A DNA stretch of 64,000 bases from an uncultured Methylomirabilota bacterium. GTDB taxonomy: Bacteria > Methylomirabilota > Methylomirabilia > Methylomirabilales > 2-02-FULL-66-22. Positions within the stretch are counted from its first letter, which is position 1. The number at the start of each line of letters is the position of its first letter. Shown piece after piece: positions 8,818 through 19,145 of this stretch. The stretch covers positions 32,001-96,000 of the forward strand of contig CAWJSJ010000002.1 of assembly GCA_963845565.1 (NCBI GenBank), in the 5' to 3' direction. Below the pieces are notes generated by a model, which searched no databases, was not told the DNA's origin, and saw only the letters and a list, made by a program, of their open reading frames with translations. The position numbers and the translations under genes were made by a program.

Positions 8818-10945
8818 GGGCAGAGCGACAATTCTCCACGTCTCGGCGGGGGCTACTTTCCCTTGCGTCCCCCTGACCTTTCTCGGATGCACCCTTTTGA
8901 CGATCCTGGGCCGGGGCCGATGGTCGCTGTTTTTGTGCTTCGGGAGGCCTCGACGCCGCGCGACCCGGCGAGAGCTGGTTAGCCGGCTCGCCTGGAAGTG
9001 TCCGCGCGGCCTGCGGACCGGCCGCTGCGGGACGGCCGGCTTCCGGCGGACCCCCCCGGCGCCCCGACGGAGCGGCCCCAGCTGGGGGCGCAGTCATCCC
9101 CTGCAGCTCCCGCGGCGCTTGCGGGGCGGCTTGGCGGGCCGAAGACGGCGGGGGTGCGCCGCCTCGTGCCGGAGCCCGGGGGCTTTCCGGCTTCTCAGGC
9201 GTTGCGGACGGCTGCGGGCGTTGTGGCAACGAGGGGGCGGTCCGGCACCGGAGTCGGCACCTGGGGCTGCGGCGGTGCCTGGCGCGGTCGCGGCGGGCGG
9301 ACTCTCCGGAGCCCTTCTCAGAGCGGCGCGCACTCTCGCGCCTCGGCGGCGCGGGCGGCTGCGTGCGTTCCGTCGTGGAGCGCTCGACCGTCCCCTGTCC
9401 GAAGGGTGGCCGGGGCATCGCCGATCCGGGTTCGCCTCTCTGAGGCGCCGTGACGACGCGCGAGGTCGGCGCCGGCGTGGCCGCCGGCTCCGCCTTCCGC
9501 TCCCCGCCCGAGACCGACTCCGCCCCGCGATGGGGCGGGCGTGTGGCGACCACCGACCGTTTCAGGTCCCCCTCGGGAGGCCGGATTCCTCGGCGTGTCG
9601 TCGGCGCGAGACTCGCCGGCGTTGCGGCCACCTGGGGCGCGGTGTGGATCGGTTGCAGCGACTTGACATCCACCTGGGACACCCGCGCGGTCCCGACGTG
9701 CCCGCGGCCAAAGCGGTTCTCGTTGACCACCACCACGGCGTTCTGCACGCTGGCATTGCGATACACATTGATGTTCTGCACGTTCACGACGGTCGTCCGG
9801 TTGACGACCACATTGTTCACCACCCGCGGCCCGCCCCAGCCGCCCCACCAGGGCCGATGCGCGAAACCGGGCCGCCCCCACCAGGGCACGCACGGTTCGC
9901 CCCATCCGAGCGCCACCCAGCCCACCACAGGACCGCCGAACCCCACGCCGACGCTCACGCTGGGACCGCCCAGGAACGCCACCAAGGCGGGCGCGTAAAC
10001 CGGCCGCACCACCACCGGCCCAGGGGCCCAGGCCCAGAAGCCGCGTACGGAGACCCAGCGGCCATAGTGATACGGCGCCCAGCCCCAGGGCGCGGTGTCC
10101 ACCCACGTCCAGCCGTAGTACGGGTCGAGCGTCCAGGACCCGGTCGTGTAGGGCGCCCATCCGCGCGGGACCCCCGTCGGCACCCAGACGGAGCCGTAGT
10201 CCTCGACGACTCGCCAGGAGCCATGGCGGTCCAGATCGGACACACCGTACGTGCCAGGAGGTACGTGGCGGGCGCTCACGGCATCGAGGAGCACGTCGGT
10301 CCGGGCGTAATTCCACTTATCCCATTCGTCGAGCTGGGGCGCCGCGTAGGAACTGACCTGCGGGCTGGTCACGCCCTCGACAACCACCTCTTCGCTCGGG
10401 GCGATACTCGTGCTCTCTCCGCCCGCAGGAATGACGATGGCCCGGCCGGCCCGGCGGGTGATGAACGAGGTGCGTTCGCCGATGACGTCCACGCGATAGT
10501 ATCCCGGATGCTCGATGGTGAAGGCCGCGTTCGGCGTGTCCACCTCCACCGTCCGGCCGGGTTCGAGCGTGCGCAGGTCAAAGGCGGCGCGCCCGGCGGT
10601 CACCTTGAATTGCAGGAAGTCCGGCTCCTGATTCTCGAGACCCAGATTGGTATTGGCCCATCCCCGGACAAAAGCGCGGCCGCCGATCTGAAGTTCCAGG
10701 TTTCCCGGCGATCCGGTGTAGACCTGATCCCCGGGGGCGAGCGGCGTGTTGATCTGTGCCTGCGTCCACTCCGGGGCGCCCGGGCGCCAGAACGACACCT
10801 GCCCGTCCACGAAACTCAGCCGCGGAGGCGTCCGGCCGACCGCGTCCTCTTGTGGGTCCGGGGCCTCAGGCGCCTGCCCGGCCGATACGACCCCTCCCAA
10901 TGCGAAGAGCACCAGAATGAGGCTGACGATCCCCCTGGTACGCAT
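8762..10945 (-). CDS. Secreted FecR/DUF6600-type protein with Pro-rich tail (3' end uncertain, probable indels)
   Basis: Signal peptide, RLSFVDGQVSF..N.PL..GD, GWAPY..G.W..YGWTWVD..PWGWAPYHYGRW. The frame looks disturbed near 9240-9295 and ~8855, and the ORF overlaps the convergent permease. Confidence 0.75.
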   Translation of the reverse strand: MRTRGIVSLILVLFALGGVVSAGQAPEAPDPQEDAVGRTPPRLSFVDGQVSFWRPGAPEWTQAQINTPLAPGDQVYTGSPGNLELQIGGRAFVRGWANTNLGLENQEPDFLQFKVTAGRAAFDLRTLEPGRTVEVDTPNAAFTIEHPGYYRVDVIGERTSFITRRAGRAIVIPAGGESTSIAPSEEVVVEGVTSPQVSSYAAPQLDEWDKWNYARTDVLLDAVSARHVPPGTYGVSDLDRHGSWRVVEDYGSVWVPTGVPRGWAPYTTGSWTLDPYYGWTWVDTAPWGWAPYHYGRWVSVRGFWAWAPGPVVVRPVYAPALVAFLGGPSVSVGVGFGGPVVGWVALGWGEPCVPWWGRPGFAHRPWWGGWGGPRVVNNVVVNRTTVVNVQNINVYRNASVQNAVVVVNENRFGRGHVGTARVSQVDVKSLQPIHTAPQVAATPASLAPTTRRGIRPPEGDLKRSVVATRPPHRGAESVSGGERKAEPAATPAPTSRVVTAPQRGEPGSAMPRPPFGQGTVERSTTERTQPPAPPRRESARRSEKGSGESARRDRARHRRSPRCRLRCRTAPSLPQRPQPSATPEKPESPRAPARGGAPPPSSARQAAPQAPRELQGMTAPPAGAAPSGRRGGPPEAGRPAAAGPQAARTLPGEPANQLSPGRAASRPPEAQKQRPSAPAQDRQKGASEKGQGDARESSPRRDVENCRSALSSASAGRGSPASRRPAG

Positions 10946-11289
10946 AACCAGTTCCCCCTAACCCCTTGAAACGGATAGGTCGTTGCCGTTTTGGAAACCG
11001 CATCGCCCCCGCAGCCCGTTCTCCGAAGAACGCCTTCCGCGCGCAGGGCGCACCCGTGTCGGTTCGTTAATGTGTATTGGACGGCCAGGGCCCCTGTGAC
11101 ATTCGAACAAACCGCGAACACCCCGCCTCACCAGGGTTTTTCCGGTGGGATCGAACCGCGCGGAAAACACGCCCCGCGTCGCGCCACCGCACACCGGTTA
11201 GTCTGTCCCGGGGACCATTTCGTTTAATACCCCCGGACCAACCGACAAGCAGCGCCCCGACGCGGGTTCCCTCCCTTGTCCCCTGCCGC

Positions 11290-11660
11290 TATCGGGTCGC
11301 GGTCTCACCGGCGTGAACGACGGTCCGTGGCGGCCCGACCGATCTGTATTCCTAGCCCGCATTATTCGCGAACACACCTCGCGAACAATGCGGGCCCAAT
11401 AGGAACCCTTGGGGCAGCGGTCCGGAACGGATCAGGCGGCGCCGGTACGCGGGGACACCGCACCCATCCTGGCGGATGGGTACCCGGTCCGCTCACCACC
11501 CCGCCTCCTCCCGCTGTAGGCGGGAATGGCGGTTCGTCAGGTAAGCCCGGAGTATTCACGATTCCTTCGTGAAGAATCCGGGCTAGAGAATGCGCATCGG
11601 CCGGTCACCGGTCTTGAGGTGCCGATGCGCCACCCCGACCGTCACGAACGTCGGATCGTA
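11290..11660 (-). ncRNA. Candidate structured non-coding RNA or long leader
   Basis: Consecutive hairpins at 11355-11395, 11460-11483, 11509-11525, 11544-11584, 11592-11630 and 11635-11654, downstream of a promoter-like TTGCCT-17-TATCGT. Confidence 0.4.
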
Positions 11661-11666
11661 GGTTAC

Positions 11667-11695
11667 ACGATACCGTGTCGAGTCTGGTAAGGCAA
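11667..11695 (-). promoter_or_regulatory. Putative sigma70 promoter
   Basis: TTGCCT (11690-11695) - 17 bp - TATCGT (11667-11672) on the minus strand. Confidence 0.4.
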
Positions 11696-11713
11696 GACCG
11701 TCTGGATCTCGAT

Positions 11714-12807
11714 TCAGCCGCCGTCTGCGAGGGGGGTCGGGGAGAGTTCCGGCAGGAACACACCCAGGGATACCGACTCGGTGCGGAGGGAGGCGAGCAC
11801 CTCGCAGTGAGGGGCACGCCGGTCCGGCGCCGTTCCGCCTCGCGGCGCGCCTCGGGCTCGCCGGGCATGAGAACCTCGCCGACGCCCTCCCCCGGCTGGG
11901 AATCCTTGAAACGCTCGATCATCGTGTCCATGCGCGCCTTGAATGCCTCCAGCGGCATGAAGAGATCGGGACGAATCGCCATGAAGACGTGGCCGATCCC
12001 CTGCGGACCCGAGAAGTCCTCGTAGAGGCTCTTCATCTCCCCGGCAAAGGCGGCGCCGGTGAGGACGCCCCCCATGATCTCCATCCAGATGGCCAGGGCG
12101 GAGCCCTTCGGCCCGCCAAAGGGGTGGACGGCGCCGCCGCCGAATACCGCCATCCCGTCCCTGGTGGGCTTCCCCTCCTTATCCACGCCGAGGCCTTCGG
12201 CGATCGGCTCTCCGTGCATGGCGGCCAGGCGCATCTTGCCCCGCGCGATCTCGCTCATGGCCATGTCGAGGACGACGGCAGGCCGGCGACCGGCCGGAAC
12301 CCCCACGGCCAACGGGTTCACGCCCAGGATCGGTGCAGTCCCGCCGAAGGGCGCCATTCCGGGCGAGGAGTTGGTGAACGCGAATCCGATACGGTCGGCC
12401 GCGACGGCCTGGAGGACGTAATAGGCGGCCATCCCGTAATGGGTACTCCGCCGGACGCCAACCAGGCCGATGCCCGCCTCCTTCGCCAGGGCGATCGCCT
12501 GCACCATCGCCTCGGTCCCCACCACCATCCCCATCCCGTCGTCCCCGTCCAGGTGCGCAGCGCTTGGTGCCACTCGGGTGCAGGCGAGGGTCGGCCGTGG
12601 ATTCACCAGCCCCAGCCGCAGGCGCTTGGCATAGATAGGAATGCGGGCGACCCCGTGGCTGTCCAGGCCGCGCAGGTTGGCCTGGACCAGGCAGTCGCCC
12701 ACAACGGCCGCATGCGCCCGCGAGAGCCCCAACCGTTCGAAGATCATGGCGCTGAAGTCGCGCAAGGCAGAATCCGTACAGTACTGTATGACAGACGCCA
12801 TCGCCAT
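11714..12807 (-). CDS. Ldh_2-family oxidoreductase (malate/L-lactate/ureidoglycolate dehydrogenase-like), frameshift near 11805
   Basis: ANLRGLDSHG, STHYGMAAYY, GVNPLA, LDMAMS, GGPKGS, MPGEPE. Adding one base in ACTGCGAG gives TAEVLASLR...GG-stop at 11714. Confidence 0.88.
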
Positions 12808-12881
12808 CTCCCGCGGAAAGCGCCGAAGCGATCCACCCCCTTATGGGTCGCATCGAGGAACCAGGGGGCCGATGGATTGTA

Positions 12882-13541
12882 CTAGCCGCCCAACAGTCTT
12901 TTCAAGCGTGCGACAGCGGTGGAAGGACTGGTGAGCACGGGAACCTTCACCTTGGCCTGCACGGCGCCTCGGGCGAGCGCCATGGATACCTGGGCTAGAC
13001 AGAGGACGTCCACCTGCCCAGCGATCCGTTCCGCCGCCTCGACGACCATCCGATCATGGGTCGCGGCATCACCGCTATTGCCGATCGCGAACGCGCCTTC
13101 GGCCACGGATTGCACGACCTGGATCTCCACCCCTCGCGTCTTGGCGCCGGCCACGAGCTGCGCCGCGGCGGCCGGCGTCGCCGGCGGGTTGGTCGCAACG
13201 ATTCCGATCCGCGTCCCGGCATCCAAAGCGGCGGCGATCATGGCCTCGTCCGGTTTGAGGAGGGGGATCCGGACCAGTTGCTTGGCGAGGTCTTCCGCCT
13301 GAGGAAAAACGGAACATGTAAAAAGGATGGCGTCGGCTCCGGTCCGGGCGGCATAGAGGGCCAGGGCGCAGATCCGCTCGGTGACGTGGGGCGTGAGGCC
13401 CCCCTCCCGGGTGTAGGCCGGCATCAGATCGTCATCGAGGAGATTGCTCACCTGGGCCTCCGGCCAGCCTTCTTTGAAGGCATGCCGGATAGGCGGGATG
13501 GCCGTGGCCACGGCGTGGATCAAGGCGATACGTGGAGGCAT
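12882..13541 (-). CDS. Asp/Glu/hydantoin racemase-family protein
   Basis: RIALIHA, NLLDD, GADAILFTCS, LKPDEAM, LAQVSMA, PVLTSP. Confidence 0.75.
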   Translation of the reverse strand: MPPRIALIHAVATAIPPIRHAFKEGWPEAQVSNLLDDDLMPAYTREGGLTPHVTERICALALYAARTGADAILFTCSVFPQAEDLAKQLVRIPLLKPDEAMIAAALDAGTRIGIVATNPPATPAAAAQLVAGAKTRGVEIQVVQSVAEGAFAIGNSGDAATHDRMVVEAAERIAGQVDVLCLAQVSMALARGAVQAKVKVPVLTSPSTAVARLKRLLGG

Positions 13542-13604
13542 GGCGAACTCCGCAAGAGACAGGGAGAGCGACAGGGACAGGGAGAATCCCGGCCCGCGCC
13601 CGGA

Positions 13605-14675
13605 TCAGTTGGCGGTAAGGTGCCGCACGAGGGCGGCGGTGAACTCCTCGGTGGACGCCGCACCGCCCAGGTCGCGGGTCCTCGGTCCGTGCTCTAGGAC
13701 CGCCGAGACGGCGCGCTCGATGGCCTGGCCCGCCTCTCCGGCCGTCGGGTCTTTCCGCTCGCCGCCCAGCCAGGCAAGCAGCATCGCCGCCGAGAGGATC
13801 ATTCCCACCGGGTTCGCAATGCCCTTCCCGGCGATGTCGGGGGCCGAGCCGTGGCTCGCCTGGGCCATGGCTTGCGTGGCGCTCGCGTTGATGGAAGGGG
13901 CCATGCCGAGGCTCCCGCTCAACTCGCCCGTCAGATCCGACAGGATGTCGCCGAACATGTTCTCCGTGACGATGACGTCGAAGTCCGCCCCGCGGCGGAC
14001 GAGGAGGGCCGTCATGGCGTCGATGTGGTAGTCCTCGACGGCGACATCCGGGAACTCGGCCCCGACTCCACGACAGACCTCCAGGAACAGCCCGGAGGTC
14101 TTGCGGAGCACATTGGCCTTGTGGACGATCGCGACCTTGCGTCGCCGCTGGCGCGCCAACGCAAATGCCGTCCGCGCGATCCGCTCGGTGGCCTGCCGGG
14201 TGATCTTGCCGACGGCCAACGCCACATCGGGGGTGGGCATGAACTCGCCGATCCCCCAGAACATGTTGCGATCGGCGTAGAATCCCTCGGTGTTCTCCCG
14301 CGCGATCACCAGGTCCATCTTGGGACAGACGGCGTGCAGGCCGGGATACGCGCGGGCCGGGCGGATGTTCGCGTACAGGTCGAAGCGGCGGCGCAGCTCG
14401 CCGCTCGGGTTGAGCGTCTCTCGCAGGGCCGGCGGATACGACACCGAGTCGTGCGGGCCCAGGACCCAGGCGTCGCATTTCTTGAGCGCCTCGACCGCGG
14501 ATTCCGGCAAGGCACTCCCGGTCGCCCGGATCGCCTCCCACCCCATGGGGAGCGGGACCCACTCGAAGCGCAGGCGCGGGTCCCGCCGCTGCGCCGCCTC
14601 CAGGACGACCAGCGTGGCCTCGACGATCTCCGGCCCGATCCCATCCCCCTTGAGGACGCCCAGTCGGTAATGCAT
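13605..14675 (-). CDS. Isocitrate/isopropylmalate/tartrate dehydrogenase family
   Basis: GDGIGPE, DLYANIRP, RENTEG, HKANV, ENMFGDILSD, HGSAPDIAGKGIANP. Confidence 0.92.
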   Translation of the reverse strand: MHYRLGVLKGDGIGPEIVEATLVVLEAAQRRDPRLRFEWVPLPMGWEAIRATGSALPESAVEALKKCDAWVLGPHDSVSYPPALRETLNPSGELRRRFDLYANIRPARAYPGLHAVCPKMDLVIARENTEGFYADRNMFWGIGEFMPTPDVALAVGKITRQATERIARTAFALARQRRRKVAIVHKANVLRKTSGLFLEVCRGVGAEFPDVAVEDYHIDAMTALLVRRGADFDVIVTENMFGDILSDLTGELSGSLGMAPSINASATQAMAQASHGSAPDIAGKGIANPVGMILSAAMLLAWLGGERKDPTAGEAGQAIERAVSAVLEHGPRTRDLGGAASTEEFTAALVRHLTAN

Positions 14676-14856
14676 TGCCTCACCTCCGTAGTACGCGTGA
14701 TGTCCAGGAGCTTCAATGGCCTATCTGATCGGACACCGTCCCATCTTTGAGACGGATGCCGCTTCTGTAATACGATTGGTGTAGCCTAGCGTGGCATGAG
14801 CACGCTCGCGTTGTTGGAGAATACGGGAGAAGCCGTGTGTCGGCGCGCCCGCCCCT

Positions 14857-17001
14857 TCAATGGGACGGCGGGGTCGCCGACCCGGGTGAGGGCCGGTGGA
14901 CGATTTCACTGAGCGCCTGAAGGAGTTCCTCGAATCGAACGGGTTTGTGGAGGATCCGCTCCACGAGCCCCGGCGAGATGTCCACCTCGGCCTGATCCGC
15001 CCAACCGGTCAGGAGAAGCACCGGGATCCGGGGCGCACGAGCCTTGATCGCCCGCGCGACCTCCCACCCGTTCATCCCCGGCATCCCCAGGTCGGTGAGC
15101 ACGCAGTCCACGGAGGCCCCTGCCAGACTCGCCAATCCGGCGGCTCCGCTGTCCGCCTCGATGACCGTATGGCCTGCAGCTTCGAGCAAGCCACTGACGG
15201 TGCGGCGAACGAGGGGTTCGTCGTCGATCACGAGCACACGGCGGGCCGGACCGCGGGTAGCCCCCGGCAAACCGTCTCGCCTCAGGTTTTCCCCCGGGAC
15301 GCGTTGGAATCGGAGCGTGACGGTGGTTCCCTGGCCCGGCACGGATGCCACGGAGACGTTGCCCCCGTGTCGCGCCATGATCCCGTAGGCCACGGAGAGG
15401 CCCAGACCGCTGCCCTTCACCCCTTTCGTGGTGAAGAACGGCTCGAAGATCCGGTGGCGGATCTCGTCGGCGATTCCCCTGCCGGTATCCCGGACCGTGA
15501 GCAGGACTCCCTCGGGATCCACTTTCCCGGCAAAGGAGAGCGTGCCGCCCTCGGGCATCGCATCCACGGCGTTGAAGATCAGATTGGCGAGCGCTTCCCG
15601 GATTTCGGGCGCGTGGCCGAGAATGGGAGGGAGCGCGTCCGGTGCGATCTCCACGCGAATCTGGGCGCCGAGCCGCTGCGGCTCGCCTTCCCAGCGAGGC
15701 CGGGTCAACTCCACGGTTTCCCGGACCGCCTCGCCGAGGTCCACGGGTGCCAGGGGGGCCGTCTCCCCTTGGCGCGCGAAGTCCCGCAGCCGACGGACCA
15801 CCTGTGCGGCGTCGGTTGCGGCGGTCTCGAGAACCAGGAGCCCCTCCCGGACGTGGAGGGGAACCCCGCGGAGCTTCAGGAGTTCGGCCTGGCCCAGGAT
15901 GGCCGCCAGTTTGTTGTTGAGATCGTGCGCAACCCCCGCGGCCATCTGGCCCAGGGCGCGCAACTTCTCGGTGCGGACCATCTCCTCCTGGGCGTGCTCC
16001 AGGTCTCGATAGGCCCGCTCCTGCGCCCGAAACAGGCGGGCGTGCTCGATGGCAATGGCCGCATGGCTGGCGAAGAGGCGCAGGAGCTCTCGGTCATGCT
16101 CGGAAAAGGCAACCCGCGCGTCTTCGGTGTCCATGTGAATCACGCCCACCAAACGGTCTCGATAGAGCAAAGGCGCCGCCATGATGGCCGTGATCCTCGT
16201 GCGCGCGAGGACCTCGGGCGGCGCCCCGGGCCAATGCCGATAATCGTTGACGACCAGACCCTCCCGGCACTCCGCCACCTTCCCGGCCACTCCCTGCCCG
16301 AGCTTCAGGCCGAACTGCTCCCGATTCTCCTCGTCCAGCACCGTGTGGGGAATGAGCAGTTGGGTGGACTCGTCCCAGAGACAGACGCCCCCCCGGCTGT
16401 GCCCCACCAGCTCGCTGAGTCGCCGCCCGACAAGGTGCAGCACCGTCCGGAGATCCAGCTCGCGGGTGATCTCCTCGCTGATGGTCCGGATGGCCTGAAG
16501 TTGCTGGGTGCGGGCCCGCAATTCCCTCTCGGTCCGCTTGCGAGCGGTGATGTCGTGAAATGCGCAGTGTACGGCGAGGAGTCGGCCGCTCGGGTCCCAC
16601 GTCTTCCGTCCGACGGGAGCGATCCAAATGTGCGCGCCGTCTTGGCGGACTGCCTCCCATTCCCCCAGGCACTTCGTGTCGGCCCCGGCCTGCGCGCAAC
16701 ACTCCCGGCACGCCTCCGCGGCGGCCGGCGTGAGGAGTTCGCCGAAGGATCGACCCAGCACCTCGCCGGCCTCGTAACGGAATAGCGCCCGCCATGCCCC
16801 ATTGACGGCAAGGAGCCGACACTCCGGATCGAGGACCTGATATGGAAAGGGGACGTCTTCCAGTCGCACCGAAATTTCGGTCGGGCCGGCGTGTGGCGGG
16901 TCGGCAGAGGTGTCGGAGCCCTGCGGCCCACGCGAGGAGCGGCCGGGCGCACCGCCCGTCTCGCCGCCACTCTGCAATGGCTCCGACTCTGTGCCAGGCA
17001 T
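14857..17001 (-). CDS. Hybrid sensor histidine kinase (PAS-GAF-HisKA-HATPase-REC)
   Basis: DITARK, GAF, GVAHDLNN, NAVDAM, FEPFFTTK..GSGLGL, TDLGMPGMNG, HKP. Confidence 0.92.
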   Translation of the reverse strand: MPGTESEPLQSGGETGGAPGRSSRGPQGSDTSADPPHAGPTEISVRLEDVPFPYQVLDPECRLLAVNGAWRALFRYEAGEVLGRSFGELLTPAAAEACRECCAQAGADTKCLGEWEAVRQDGAHIWIAPVGRKTWDPSGRLLAVHCAFHDITARKRTERELRARTQQLQAIRTISEEITRELDLRTVLHLVGRRLSELVGHSRGGVCLWDESTQLLIPHTVLDEENREQFGLKLGQGVAGKVAECREGLVVNDYRHWPGAPPEVLARTRITAIMAAPLLYRDRLVGVIHMDTEDARVAFSEHDRELLRLFASHAAIAIEHARLFRAQERAYRDLEHAQEEMVRTEKLRALGQMAAGVAHDLNNKLAAILGQAELLKLRGVPLHVREGLLVLETAATDAAQVVRRLRDFARQGETAPLAPVDLGEAVRETVELTRPRWEGEPQRLGAQIRVEIAPDALPPILGHAPEIREALANLIFNAVDAMPEGGTLSFAGKVDPEGVLLTVRDTGRGIADEIRHRIFEPFFTTKGVKGSGLGLSVAYGIMARHGGNVSVASVPGQGTTVTLRFQRVPGENLRRDGLPGATRGPARRVLVIDDEPLVRRTVSGLLEAAGHTVIEADSGAAGLASLAGASVDCVLTDLGMPGMNGWEVARAIKARAPRIPVLLLTGWADQAEVDISPGLVERILHKPVRFEELLQALSEIVHRPSPGSATPPSH

Positions 17002-17210
17002 GTGTTCCTCGTCGCGCGCGCCGTGATCGAGTGCCGGGAAGTGTTTCGCGTGGATCCCGTGAATCCTAATCGGTAGCGGCCTGGACGGTCAAGCGAACAA
17101 TCCGGCTTCCGTCCGAACCGGAATTACGGGACTCACGCTCCACCGGAGCAGTGGGCGCCTCGCCTTGTCGTCCTGCCGATGCCCGGGATGCGAGGCCCGG
17201 ACGCACCAGA

Positions 17211-18173
17211 TCATGAGACGATGCGCGGGTACACCACGTGTCCTGCCACGTTGACGCGGATCGAGAACAGGCTCTTTCCCGACACGATGTAAAGGGTCTT
17301 CAGGTCGGGACCGCCGAACGCCAGGTTCGTGATCGCGTCTTCGGGAACCGGGATGCGGCCGAGGAGTTCCCCTTTCGGGGTCACGACGTAAACGCCGGGG
17401 GGGACCTCCGCCGTCTCGTTGGCATGGCGCGCCCTCGTGATCCCCGCGGCGATCCACAGGTTGCCCTCGACATCCGTCCGCATGCCATCCGCGCCTCGCC
17501 CCGGTGCAAAATCGTACACCAGCCGCTGGCCCGATGGCGCCCCGTCGGACGAGAGGTCGAAGGCCCAGATCTTTCGGTTGCCACCCGGGGCTGGGCTGCT
17601 GTCCACCAGGTAGAGCGTCCGATTGTCGGGCGATATCGTGATCCCGTTGGGTTTCTGGATGGCGGGTTGCGAGAGGATGCGTACGACGCGCCCGTCCGGA
17701 TCCAGGCGGTACACGGCCTCGACGCTCAGCTCCAACTCCTCCCGGCGCTCCGCTTTGTATCGCGGGTCAGTGAAGTAGATCCGGCCCCGGCTGTCGATGA
17801 CGAGGTCGTTCGGGCTGTTGTAGCGCTTCCCCTCGTAGCGATCCGTCAGGACCTCCACTACCCCCGTGCGCATGTCCGTCCGGGTGATCCGCCGTCGGCC
17901 GCCGTCCCCGAACTCCGCCCCTTCGCAGGTCACCAGCCGCCCCTGGGCGTCAAACATGTTCCCGTTGGCGCGCCCGCTGTCTGCCCGCCACACCGACAAC
18001 TCGCCGCCGGCCGACCGTTTCATGATCCGGTTGTTCACGATGTCGGAAAAGAACACGTTCCCTTCTGCGTCAACGGCGGGACCCTCGGTAAAGGCCACGA
18101 ACGCTGCGGTGGCCACCTGCGTCTCGGCCACCAGTCCGGCGGGCAAGCCAACAGTCGACAGATCGCGCGGCAT
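17211..18173 (-). CDS. SMP-30/gluconolactonase family protein
   Basis: FTEGP, YNSPNDL, IYFTDP, KPNGITISPD, ADGMRTDVEGNLW, TNLAFGG; RBS AAGGAGG. Confidence 0.9.
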   Translation of the reverse strand: MPRDLSTVGLPAGLVAETQVATAAFVAFTEGPAVDAEGNVFFSDIVNNRIMKRSAGGELSVWRADSGRANGNMFDAQGRLVTCEGAEFGDGGRRRITRTDMRTGVVEVLTDRYEGKRYNSPNDLVIDSRGRIYFTDPRYKAERREELELSVEAVYRLDPDGRVVRILSQPAIQKPNGITISPDNRTLYLVDSSPAPGGNRKIWAFDLSSDGAPSGQRLVYDFAPGRGADGMRTDVEGNLWIAAGITRARHANETAEVPPGVYVVTPKGELLGRIPVPEDAITNLAFGGPDLKTLYIVSGKSLFSIRVNVAGHVVYPRIVS

Positions 18174-18371
18174 AAGCGAACCTCCTTGGTGTCCACTGTT
18201 CATGATGAGCGGAATGTCGGCGCGGGATTTCCTCACAGACGATAACACAATTGGACAAGATTTCTCTACTCCTTGCACGTCGGACAGCGGCAGGCAGTAT
18301 CCGTTTGGGTGGCGGATTTCGCCGCCGAATACCACATCGGGGGACGGCGACTCAGGGCGTCTTTGGGGAAG

Positions 18372-18695
18372 TCAGGGGCGGGCGCTGAGGCGGTCGACAG
18401 GGACGCCGGTCTCTGATCGAGCGGCATCCGTCGGCACCAGGCGAATGGCGTTCACGGCCAGTTCCTCGCACACCTTGGCGCACACGAAGCAGCCGATACA
18501 CTCGTCCTCGCGGATCCTGATGGGGCGTGACGATCGATGGTCGGAATTCGGGGGGGCGGGCTCGATACAATCCACCAGGCAGTAATCCACGCAAGTATTA
18601 CAGCCGGTGCAGTCCTCTTCCACGACCGCCACATAAAGCTGGCGATCCACCAGAGCCTCGGAAGACGCCCTTCCAGCAACATCGGGGCTTGTCAT
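18372..18695 (-). CDS. 4Fe-4S dicluster ferredoxin
   Basis: CTGCNTCVDYC and CIGCFVCAKVC. Confidence 0.85.
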   Translation of the reverse strand: MTSPDVAGRASSEALVDRQLYVAVVEEDCTGCNTCVDYCLVDCIEPAPPNSDHRSSRPIRIREDECIGCFVCAKVCEELAVNAIRLVPTDAARSETGVPVDRLSARP

Positions 18696-18699
18696 GGGG

Positions 18700-19026
18700 T
18701 TACAACATCCCCAGCTGAAGGCGAGCGGCCTCGCTCATCCGTGACGGCTCCCACGGCGGGTCGAAGACGACCTCGACCCGCGCGTCCATCACGCCCGGGA
18801 CGGACCGCACCTTGGCCTCGACCTGCCCGGGGAGTTCCACGGCCGACGGGCAGTTCGGGGAGGTGAGCGTCATCGTCACCTCGACACTGCCGGACGGATC
18901 CACCTCCACCCCGTAGATCAGGCCCAGCTCGTAGATGTCCACCGGGATCTCCGGGTCATAGCAGGTCTTGATGGCCTCCACGACCTTGCCCTCGATCTCT
19001 TTCGGATCCACCGCGATGCCGCCCAT
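18700..19026 (-). CDS. sufT: DUF59 Fe-S assembly protein SufT
   Basis: YDPEIPVDIYELGLIY, MTLTSPNCP, DPPW. Confidence 0.88.
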   Translation of the reverse strand: MGGIAVDPKEIEGKVVEAIKTCYDPEIPVDIYELGLIYGVEVDPSGSVEVTMTLTSPNCPSAVELPGQVEAKVRSVPGVMDARVEVVFDPPWEPSRMSEAARLQLGML

Positions 19027-19145
19027 GCCTCACTCCTAGAAAGCCGAGTAGTCAACTGGTCGATGAGTCGACGAGTTCAGATTCGGACCACGCACGACGC
19101 CATCCCCTTTTTGACTAATTGACGAAACGACCAATTGACACGTTC

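Noticed and set aside
11540..11590. RNase P RNA 3'-end resemblance (AGAATCCGGGCT)
   Set aside because: No GAGGAAAGTCC 5' signature on either strand nearby.
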